Source: Candidatus Yanofskybacteria bacterium CG10_big_fil_rev_8_21_14_0_10_36_16 (GTDB lineage: Bacteria; Patescibacteriota; Minisyncoccia; 2-02-FULL-40-12; IGHO2-01-FULL-4-A). Taken from it: DNA of 64,000 bases. The notes under the pieces are model-generated. The model had not been told where the DNA came from. It searched no databases and saw nothing but the letters and a program-made list of their open reading frames with translations. Position numbers and translations under genes: made by a program. Positions 40,219 through 48,058 of the stretch are shown here, piece by piece. Every line of letters begins with the position of its first letter. The first letter of the stretch is position 1. The stretch lies in contig PCXQ01000001.1 of NCBI GenBank assembly GCA_002794035.1, positions 3,256 to 67,255 on the forward strand. Direction: 5' to 3'.

Positions 40219-40614
40219 TTAGGTCAATCTGTAGATATATGCGTCTTTAATAAAAATACCGTTAATGATGTTTGATTTAAATCTAATACCTGCTTTTGAC
40301 TGTTTTGATGTTTTTATCATTGTTCTCAAAAGTTTCAGAAAGTCATTATCGTGATGAAGTATTGTTATATTTGAAAGTCCGATGTCTTTTACTGTTTTTT
40401 CTTCCCCGAATTGATTGATGAAATCATTATAATTTTGCCGCGTATTTTTAATACGGTCATATTTTTTTGATGAAATTAATAATCTCCAAGCATCTGACTC
40501 GGGAACAAGTATCCAAAGAAAAACCGTTGGATTTATTTTTTGTTTATCCATCAAATCTAATAAGGTTTTTCCACTTTCAATTTTTGGTTCTTCTACCATA
40601 ATTTTTTTATCCAA
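40219..40614 (-). CDS. Hypothetical protein, partner of the HEPN protein (possible toxin/antitoxin component)
   Basis: 131 aa. Overlaps the HEPN gene by 22 bp and ends 1 bp before res. No clear MNT GS-x-D-x-D motif. Confidence 0.4.
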   Translation of the reverse strand: MDKKIMVEEPKIESGKTLLDLMDKQKINPTVFLWILVPESDAWRLLISSKKYDRIKNTRQNYNDFINQFGEEKTVKDIGLSNITILHHDNDFLKLLRTMIKTSKQSKAGIRFKSNIINGIFIKDAYIYRLT

Positions 40615-41030
40615 ACTAAAATACCCTTACGCCTATCTTTTATTGAGTTGATTAAAGCTTCTGCGTCAGTTTTCTTGCATATTCCATATCTGCTTTCTTC
40701 GGTCCAATCTTTAACCGTGCTCCAATTTGACTCAAAGCCCTTATCTTTGCCTGCTCTCTTATCAAAGGCCCACTTGATACCACTTACACTCAATAAGTCG
40801 TTTAAATCGTGACTATAGAGTTTCTGATAAACACTCTTTTTTGGAGGGAAGCTCTTTTCTTTGACATTTTTGCAATAGCAAGCCTTGAGGGCAAGTTCAA
40901 CGGCATAACCTGCTAAATAGTAAGCACCACTATACTCCTTATTATTAAAAAGGGTTATCGCTTCTCTGATGCGCCTCAATGCTAACTTTTTAAAATCACC
41001 GTATTCTGGATTGTCCCAAAATAAAGCCAT
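40593..41030 (-). CDS. HEPN-domain protein
   Basis: AYYLAGYAVELALKA helix and YSHDLNDLL motif typical of HEPN. Confidence 0.55.
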   Translation of the reverse strand: MALFWDNPEYGDFKKLALRRIREAITLFNNKEYSGAYYLAGYAVELALKACYCKNVKEKSFPPKKSVYQKLYSHDLNDLLSVSGIKWAFDKRAGKDKGFESNWSTVKDWTEESRYGICKKTDAEALINSIKDRRKGILVWIKKLW

Positions 41031-41033
41031 ACT

Positions 41034-43283
41034 TTATATACTAATCTCAATTATTTTCATTGTATCGTTACCGAAAATATCTACGACCTTTATGGCAATT
41101 TTACGTCTGCCTTTTGGTAATTCTTTATAAGCGGTTATAAACTCAAGGTTTCTGTCCTTTTTGGTTCTAAATGATTGCCATTCGTTTTCAAAAATGTAAT
41201 CGCCGGTCCATTGTTCTTCAATTTCTTCCTTTTCGTTTTTTATAGCCACAACTTCTTTTTTGCTTTCAAAGTTAAAGTCAACGGACCAGTAATCAATCCA
41301 ATCACTCCATTTTTCAGTCAAAACATCCCTTGTAACTACACCCTCTTTGTCTTTTGAGATTTTAATAATTTTACCATTTTCTACTACAAGCTTTTTGCTG
41401 CCGTTTTTGAGGCTTTCTTCTACCTCTTTAATTGAATCTTGATTATAAAAAACTGAAAAATCAGTTAACTCAATGGCCAATGAGTTCTTTTTTATATGAG
41501 GCTTAACTTCAATGTAAGATACGTCGTGAAAAACAACTTGGTTTTTTTCTACAGCCCGTTTGTCAAATACATCTCGTGGAATATATTTAAGGGCCAAATC
41601 AACACCTTGATTTTTGGCATCTTCTTGTATTCTCGGAAATAATCCCATTTCAAACTCAAAAGCCAATATGTCTACTTTAGTTATTTTCTTTTCAACTGCT
41701 TCTTTAATTACTTCTTCAACAAATAACCGAGTAACTGGCAAGTTAATTGGGCCAACAGATACTAATCTTGCAGATTTTTTACCGAAAAAGGTTTTGAAAT
41801 TATTAATTGGTTCTGCTTTGTATGCTGACAGGATTAAAGAAACAAAATCTTTTTCTTTCTGTGCGATTTGTTTTTGCTTTTGCTCGTCCCGAAGATTGGG
41901 GTTTATACCAACGTAATGCTGCCTTTCATATTTACCAAGATTTAATACTTCAAATGCCCGATAATCTTTCCCAGTCTTTTTAAGTTCTCGTTGCACTCCA
42001 ATCATTCTCTTGCGTGTTGTGTGAATTGAGAACTTACCCAAGTCAGAACCAATCCATTTGCGGCTTAGTTTTTCAGCTGCAGCAAGGGTGGTACCAGAAC
42101 CGACAAAGAAGTCGGCAACAAGATCGTCCTCGTTTGAAGAGGCCTTTATTATGCGCTCAAGTAAGGACTCTGGTTTTTGGGTTGGATAATTATTACGTTC
42201 TTTAGCCATTGGATTAACTGGATTTATATCTAGCCAAATATCTTCAGAAACATTTCCTTTAGTATCTTCGTAAAACCTTTTTACATATGGTAACCCACTT
42301 TCAGAAAAAACAATAAGTCCCCGTTTCATTCCTTCATCTATTCTTTCTTGAGACCATATCCAGTGTTTGCCTGCCGGTGGATACAGCAACTTTTCACCGA
42401 ATTTTTTTGCTTCACCTTGTCCCTTTTGAGTAAAATCAGCCAAAGAATATCTTTTTCCCGTTTGCTCATCGGTGTACCTGTAATGAGTTTTTAATAATTT
42501 TTCCGATTTCGGTAAAAATTGAGTATTAAAAATAGTCTTCTCTTTATCTTTTGAATAAAAGAAGACTGTATCATGTACGTTTGGATAAGTTTTTGACTGT
42601 GGCTTAGCCGATGTCAGTTTTTGCCAAATAATTTCATTTTTAAAATTATTAGTTCCAAATATCTCATCTAATACCAACCTCATGTAGCTGTTAACCCTCC
42701 AATCACAATGTACATAAATACTCCCGTTTGCGGCCAACAAATCTCGCATCAGTGAAAGTCGCTCGTAAATCATAGAGATAAAACTATCTGCTCCCTTGCC
42801 CCAAGTATCCCGATATGCTAATTCCTCTAATACTGTTGGTTGTTTCTTAAACTCTTCGCCCCCAACCTCAATATCCATAGAAAAATCTGCCCCAACATCA
42901 AAAGGCGGATCAATGTAGATAAGTTTAATGCCCCCATTAGCTTCAATTTCTTCTCGTAGGGGTCCATTTTTTAAGCTTGATAGGATTAGTTTGTTGTCAC
43001 CCCAAATAAGTTTATTAGTCCAGCCCTTGATTTGGCGGCCGCGCTGGTCAAAATCAAACAACACCTGCTGGCGCTTTACTTCCTTCTCACTTCTCGGCTC
43101 ATCAACCTGTTCAATAACCTGAAATGGCAAGATAACATTGGTGACTTCATTTGTCTTGCCGTTCCAGACAAGCTCAACCTCTCGTTTGTCCTCAAACAAA
43201 AGAAACCGGTACTTATCGGGAAGAGGTTTACCGGCTTCAATAAACTTTATAGCATCGCGTTTTTCATTGTCAGTTAGATCCAT
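41034..43283 (-). CDS. mod: Type III restriction-modification Mod subunit (beta-class N6/N4 DNA methyltransferase)
   Basis: DPPF (motif IV) precedes FFVGSGTTLAAA (motif I). 749 aa with a large target-recognition region. Confidence 0.8.
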   Translation of the reverse strand: MDLTDNEKRDAIKFIEAGKPLPDKYRFLLFEDKREVELVWNGKTNEVTNVILPFQVIEQVDEPRSEKEVKRQQVLFDFDQRGRQIKGWTNKLIWGDNKLILSSLKNGPLREEIEANGGIKLIYIDPPFDVGADFSMDIEVGGEEFKKQPTVLEELAYRDTWGKGADSFISMIYERLSLMRDLLAANGSIYVHCDWRVNSYMRLVLDEIFGTNNFKNEIIWQKLTSAKPQSKTYPNVHDTVFFYSKDKEKTIFNTQFLPKSEKLLKTHYRYTDEQTGKRYSLADFTQKGQGEAKKFGEKLLYPPAGKHWIWSQERIDEGMKRGLIVFSESGLPYVKRFYEDTKGNVSEDIWLDINPVNPMAKERNNYPTQKPESLLERIIKASSNEDDLVADFFVGSGTTLAAAEKLSRKWIGSDLGKFSIHTTRKRMIGVQRELKKTGKDYRAFEVLNLGKYERQHYVGINPNLRDEQKQKQIAQKEKDFVSLILSAYKAEPINNFKTFFGKKSARLVSVGPINLPVTRLFVEEVIKEAVEKKITKVDILAFEFEMGLFPRIQEDAKNQGVDLALKYIPRDVFDKRAVEKNQVVFHDVSYIEVKPHIKKNSLAIELTDFSVFYNQDSIKEVEESLKNGSKKLVVENGKIIKISKDKEGVVTRDVLTEKWSDWIDYWSVDFNFESKKEVVAIKNEKEEIEEQWTGDYIFENEWQSFRTKKDRNLEFITAYKELPKGRRKIAIKVVDIFGNDTMKIIEISI

Positions 43284-43371
43284 GGGCCATAGTAAGATAA
43301 CTTTTACTTAAAGGGTATCACTTTTGTGCTGTTTTTTAAAGGTCTGAAAAAGAGCGTTGAGGGCGTTGACA

Positions 43372-43785
43372 CTAAACGAGAAATTGAGCGACAAACCAGA
43401 TGCCGGCAGTAATTAAAAACCATATCAACTGATTGGCTTCCCTAAAATCTCCGGAGCGGTAGTAGCGGCCAACTTGGGTTACGGTAAATATCGCGGCAGT
43501 CATCGGGATAAAGTTAAATGGAATATCAAATCTAAAGGACACGAGATAATATACGATTATTAAAGCTACCGCTTCGGAAAAACCCGAAAAGCGTGATTTT
43601 AAAATATCGCTATGTTTATCTAACAACCCTTTGAATGGGGCATAAATGAACATAGCAATAATTGGACTAATGGCTGCGATATAAAACAATGAGAATAAGG
43701 CCCATAAGAATGGCAAAAATATAAAAGAAGAAATAATAACTATACCCCATAGCAGTAAACTAATTTTTGATTTTATTACATCCAT
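43372..43785 (-). CDS. Hypothetical 4-TM membrane protein
   Basis: Start taken at MDVIKSK. The track's upstream extension is encoded by the hairpin cluster. Confidence 0.35.
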   Translation of the reverse strand: MDVIKSKISLLLWGIVIISSFIFLPFLWALFSLFYIAAISPIIAMFIYAPFKGLLDKHSDILKSRFSGFSEAVALIIVYYLVSFRFDIPFNFIPMTAAIFTVTQVGRYYRSGDFREANQLIWFLITAGIWFVAQFLV

Positions 43786-44012
43786 AAAATTACAAAACCC
43801 GCCGCTAGGCGATGGATTTCTCCACCTGTTACCCTTTCGGGTAACAACCACTGCTGGTGCTCCTAAACGACGGGTTTAGTACCCAGCAGTGGTTTTTACG
43901 TCATACCTCAAATGTTGACATTTTGAGGGTTAGGCAATTTTTAGTTGTTAGACCAATATTATCACAAAACCTTGAAAATCTCCATAATTTTCGTTTTACT
44001 TAAATTAATACT

Positions 44013-44768
44013 ATGGCCTTAATTAACGACAAACAATTTAAACAATTTTTAGAACTCCTAATAAATAAGGTTGAATTAAGAAACGATATTCATTTGGGAA
44101 TACAATACCGTGAATTAATCCAAATATTTTTAGATGATAACGCTATCAAAGATTATTTGCGCTATTCTGAAAATAAGAAGTTGTTAAAATTAATAGGCAT
44201 ATCTAAATATAAAGAAAAGGAAGATCCTTACCCTGATGATTATTATATAAACGAGATAACGCCTAACAATGATTTTATAGGCCCGAAAAGATATTATGCC
44301 GTAAAGAGGTATATACGGTATAATTTCTACCCAAAGGACAACTTTATACTTGATGTGTCTGATAAAAAAATTAAAGGTTTTTATAAGCAGTATCAAAAAG
44401 AAGGTCCGGGGCAAGACCCAAAACGGCTAATTTCCAAAAATAAAAGTGCTTATTTTTATAAATCAAAACAAATAGTTTTTGACAGTGAAGAAACTGACTA
44501 CTTCAGAGTATTTGATGTCCTTTACGAAAATAGTGGGCAAGACAACTTTTTGTCATATGAAAATATAGATAAAGAAATGGTCCGAAGGGGCTCGCCAAAA
44601 CTTATAGATGATCAACAAAAAATTAAACGTATTCATAATGCAGTTAAGAACTTATTTTTATATTCTCGTTGCGGAAGTGAAAAGCTAAAAAATACTACGC
44701 CCAATAAAACTGAACTAATAAAAAAGGTTAGAGGGAGAGGGTGTGTTTTCAATAACCCTCTAATTTAA
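44013..44768 (+). CDS. Hypothetical protein (first gene of the plus-strand element module)
   Basis: 251 aa; Lys/Tyr-rich; no motif recognised. Confidence 0.35.
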   Translation: MALINDKQFKQFLELLINKVELRNDIHLGIQYRELIQIFLDDNAIKDYLRYSENKKLLKLIGISKYKEKEDPYPDDYYINEITPNNDFIGPKRYYAVKRYIRYNFYPKDNFILDVSDKKIKGFYKQYQKEGPGQDPKRLISKNKSAYFYKSKQIVFDSEETDYFRVFDVLYENSGQDNFLSYENIDKEMVRRGSPKLIDDQQKIKRIHNAVKNLFLYSRCGSEKLKNTTPNKTELIKKVRGRGCVFNNPLI

Positions 44769-44792
44769 TAAGTTATCTCTCAATTTCTTGTG

Positions 44793-44820
44793 GACAGCCA
44801 AATATCGGCTGTCTTTTTTT
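44793..44820. terminator. Intrinsic terminator
   Basis: GACAGCC-aaatatc-GGCTGTC followed by T8. Confidence 0.7.
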
Positions 44821-44899
44821 CTTTTTTTACTTGGTTTTAGCGGCCAAAGAGATAAACGGAGAAATTAAAAGATATTAAATATTGATTCAAAATTAAATT

Positions 44900-45526
44900 A
44901 TGCAACCAATAATTAAAACTTTTACTGAACCGGATTGGGATTATCTGTTTTGGACTTGGGATTTAGAAAAACAATGGCAGGAGTCATTGCCAAGGCCAAC
45001 TGAACGAGAGTTGTTAGGTATTTTCCCGGAAGCAAAAAAGATATTGCCGGCATTATTAAGGGACTGGCAACAAAGAAAAAGTGAATTAACCAAAGAACTG
45101 GCTCGGAAATTAAAAATAGTAAAACTTGGCGCGGATAGCGACAGCGAAAGATTTTTCTGGACTGAATGGCTGAAAACAAAATATTTAGGAGAAATTACTG
45201 AAATCGTTAATGACATTAAAAAGTTCAAGAGAATGATGGCTATATCAAACAACCGGGGCCGAGCCTTACGAAGCGAAGAGTCATTGCAAAAGGCTTTAGC
45301 TGTGCCAATAGCATCGGCTATCCGAATTAAACTAAGAAAATTGGGTAATAAACTTGTTGGGCTGTGTCCCCTACATAACGAGAGTAACCCATCATTTTAT
45401 ATCTATACCGATACTAATTCCTTTTATTGCTACGGATGTGGCAAGGGTGGAAATGTAATCAACTTGGTTAGATTTCTACACGATTACACATTCCCAGAAG
45501 CAATAAAGTATTTAACTAATTTATAA
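44900..45526 (+). CDS. CHC2 zinc-finger (DnaG-primase-type) protein
   Basis: C-terminal CPLHNESNPSFYIYTDTNSFYCYGCGKGGNVINLV matches the primase CHC2 Zn-binding module. Confidence 0.6.
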   Translation: MQPIIKTFTEPDWDYLFWTWDLEKQWQESLPRPTERELLGIFPEAKKILPALLRDWQQRKSELTKELARKLKIVKLGADSDSERFFWTEWLKTKYLGEITEIVNDIKKFKRMMAISNNRGRALRSEESLQKALAVPIASAIRIKLRKLGNKLVGLCPLHNESNPSFYIYTDTNSFYCYGCGKGGNVINLVRFLHDYTFPEAIKYLTNL

Positions 45527-45609
45527 CTTTTGTTTCTTGTTCGGGCTCTTGGCAAAGGCCATAGTAAGCTCCGGCCAGGAGCTCAAACAAGAAACGCGGA
45601 GCTTACTTT

Positions 45610-47154
45610 ATGTCAAACAACCAAAACAATGAAAAACAAAATAAGGAAGGGCGGAAACCACAAGCAACCAAAATCGTAGAATTGGTCAGTGAAAGCAACA
45701 TAACCCTATTCCATAACGAGTTAAAACAGCCCTATGCCTATATTGAAATAAATAACCATAGCGAAATATGGCCCTGTGAAAGCAGGCAATTTAAGGACTG
45801 GCTGGGACACATATTTTGGAATAACGAAGGAAAATCTGCCTATCCTAATGCGATAAACGGTGCGCTATCAACATTAAGAGCCAAGGCGCTTTACGAAGGA
45901 CAGAAGTATAAACTAAACAACCGAGTAGCAATCAAAGACGGTGCAATTTGGTATGACCTTTCTAACAATAACTGGGAAGCGGTCCGTATAAGCAAAAATG
46001 GATGGCGAATCATAGGCAACCCTCCTATCATATTTCAGCGCTTTTCTCATCAGCAAGAACAATTAACCCCGGTACCAGAAGGAAATATAAAGGATGTCTT
46101 ATCGCTAATCAATGTAAAAAAAGAACACCAACTGCTTTTATTGGTTTACTTAGTATCCTGTTTTATTCCGGACTTTCCCCATCCGATATTGGTGGTTCAC
46201 GGGCCTCAAGGCTCATCAAAATCAATGCTATCCAAAGTTCTTAAAAGCTTAGTTGATCCATCTGTATTAGAAACTTGCGACTTCCCTGCAAGTAAAGCGG
46301 AACTGGCTCAAATACTATCCCACCATCACTATGTTGTCTTTGATAATCTCTCGTACCTATCAGATTCAAATTCCGACATTCTATGCCGTGCTGTTACCGG
46401 AGGAGGATTTTCAAAACGGGAACTCTACACGAACGACGAAGACGTAATACACCTATTTAAGCGTTGCATAAACCTCAACGGCATAAATCCGGTGGCAACA
46501 AAACCAGACCTGCTAGAACGAAGCATATTACTGGAATTAGAAAGGATACCCAATGAAAAAAGGAAAAAAGAGACAGATATTTTGCAGCAATTTGAAACCA
46601 AGAGACCAGAAATATTAGGGGCAATCCTAAACACAGTTGCCAAAGCAATGGAGATTAAAGAATCAATAAAAGTAACTGGATTGCCGCGGATGGCGGATTT
46701 TACAGAGTGGGGTTGCGCTATCGCTGAAGCAATAGGACATCCAAAAGAAGAGTTTTTATCTTCTTATTTTGAAAACATAAAGTCGCAAAATGACCAGGTT
46801 ATTTATGATAGCCCTGTTTGCAGTACTCTTTTGAGCTTAATGAAGGAGCGAGAGCAATGGAATGGAACAGCAACGCAACTTTTATCTGAGTTAATTGAAG
46901 AGGCGGAAAGGTTAAATATCAACACAAAAGAAAAAGGCTGGCCCAAATCAGCAGCGTCATTAAGCGGTAAATTAAATAACTATAAAACCAATCTTGAAGA
47001 AGCCGGTATAAAAATAAATCGTTTTGATGAAAACAGGCAAAGACAATTATCTATCAGCAATGATTCTGCTATTGAGAGCCAGGCCGGCAACGGATTAGCC
47101 GAAGAAGACGATAGAGACGCTGCAACGCTCTCAACGCTCTTTCCCGAGCATTAA
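45610..47154 (+). CDS. P-loop NTPase replication protein (phage/plasmid primase-associated SF3-helicase-like)
   Basis: VVHGPQGSSKS Walker A; hhhhDN Walker-B-like VVFDNL. Sits next to the CHC2 primase finger gene. Confidence 0.5.
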   Translation: MSNNQNNEKQNKEGRKPQATKIVELVSESNITLFHNELKQPYAYIEINNHSEIWPCESRQFKDWLGHIFWNNEGKSAYPNAINGALSTLRAKALYEGQKYKLNNRVAIKDGAIWYDLSNNNWEAVRISKNGWRIIGNPPIIFQRFSHQQEQLTPVPEGNIKDVLSLINVKKEHQLLLLVYLVSCFIPDFPHPILVVHGPQGSSKSMLSKVLKSLVDPSVLETCDFPASKAELAQILSHHHYVVFDNLSYLSDSNSDILCRAVTGGGFSKRELYTNDEDVIHLFKRCINLNGINPVATKPDLLERSILLELERIPNEKRKKETDILQQFETKRPEILGAILNTVAKAMEIKESIKVTGLPRMADFTEWGCAIAEAIGHPKEEFLSSYFENIKSQNDQVIYDSPVCSTLLSLMKEREQWNGTATQLLSELIEEAERLNINTKEKGWPKSAASLSGKLNNYKTNLEEAGIKINRFDENRQRQLSISNDSAIESQAGNGLAEEDDRDAATLSTLFPEH

Positions 47155-47186
47155 TAAAACAAGGGGTACTACCCATAACTTAAGTT

Positions 47187-47558
47187 ATGCAGTGTAAATA
47201 CATAAAAAATAATAAAAAACAGTGCGGAGCAAACGCAATGCTCAAAAACAGTTATTGCTTTTATCATAATCCGGATGTCAAAAAAGCAGATAAAAAAGAG
47301 GCTCAATCAAGAGGTGGTAAGGGCAATAAAAGTAGAGTTAGTGAAACTCTTCCGCCAATAACTTTCAAGAAGTCCCGAAACGTCGTCGGATTGCTTGAGG
47401 AAACTATTAATTTGGTTAGGGCAGGAAAAATGGAAATACGAGTTGCTAACTGCATAGGATACTTGTCGGGCCACATCATCAAGGCAATTGAGGTTTCAGA
47501 GCTTACGCAACGCCTACAGGAAGTTGAGAAAAAAATAGAAATAAAATGGCAGGAATAA
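47187..47558 (+). CDS. Hypothetical protein with N-terminal Cys cluster
   Basis: CKYIKNNKKQCG...CFYH. Confidence 0.3.
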   Translation: MQCKYIKNNKKQCGANAMLKNSYCFYHNPDVKKADKKEAQSRGGKGNKSRVSETLPPITFKKSRNVVGLLEETINLVRAGKMEIRVANCIGYLSGHIIKAIEVSELTQRLQEVEKKIEIKWQE

Positions 47559-47836
47559 CTTTATCTACAATAAAAAGATTAGAGAAAAAAGCCGAAGAAT
47601 TAAGGGCGGCAAATCCAATAGTGGACCGGGTCATAACTGTTCCTTGGCCTTTAGAGATTTATAGCGAAGAGGGAGAAAGATTTATCCAAGAGGAAATTGA
47701 GCGGCGAAATCAAATTAGGAAAGAATCCGGTATTTATTCCGAAGGTCCTTTCTACGTGATTATGCCGGGTAGAATGCCTCAATGGGTGGCCGAAGAAGAA
47801 TGGAGGAAACAAGAAGAGGCAGAGAAACTTAAATAA
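47546..47836 (+). CDS. Hypothetical protein
   Basis: 96 aa, overlaps the previous gene by 13 bp; charged and helical. Confidence 0.3.
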   Translation: MAGITLSTIKRLEKKAEELRAANPIVDRVITVPWPLEIYSEEGERFIQEEIERRNQIRKESGIYSEGPFYVIMPGRMPQWVAEEEWRKQEEAEKLK

Positions 47837-47864
47837 TTTCCAATTTTAAGTTATAATGAGTAAA

Positions 47865-47959
47865 CTACACAAAAACCCAAATAGTAGTCAAGACCTTGAA
47901 CATAACGAGGGGCAACGAGGGTTTTTGTGTAGTAACAAAACTTCTTGTCGTTGCCCCTC
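47865..47959 (+). promoter_or_regulatory. Two overlapping alternative hairpins upstream of the serine recombinase gene
   Basis: Hairpin A has a 14-bp perfect stem: CTACACAAAAACCC (47865-47878) pairs with GGGTTTTTGTGTAG (47919-47932). Hairpin B has a 12-bp stem: GAGGGGCAACGA (47907-47918) pairs with TCGTTGCCCCTC (47948-47959) and is followed by TTTGTGCT. A's 3' arm sits inside B's loop. Confidence 0.45.
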
Positions 47960-48058
47960 TTTGTGCTATAAGGCGTCCTCTGTTTTAGATCCCAAGTCAT
48001 TAGAACAAGCATATTTTAGAATTTTTGACTGGGTTTTAGAAAACAAGGACAGTAAATT

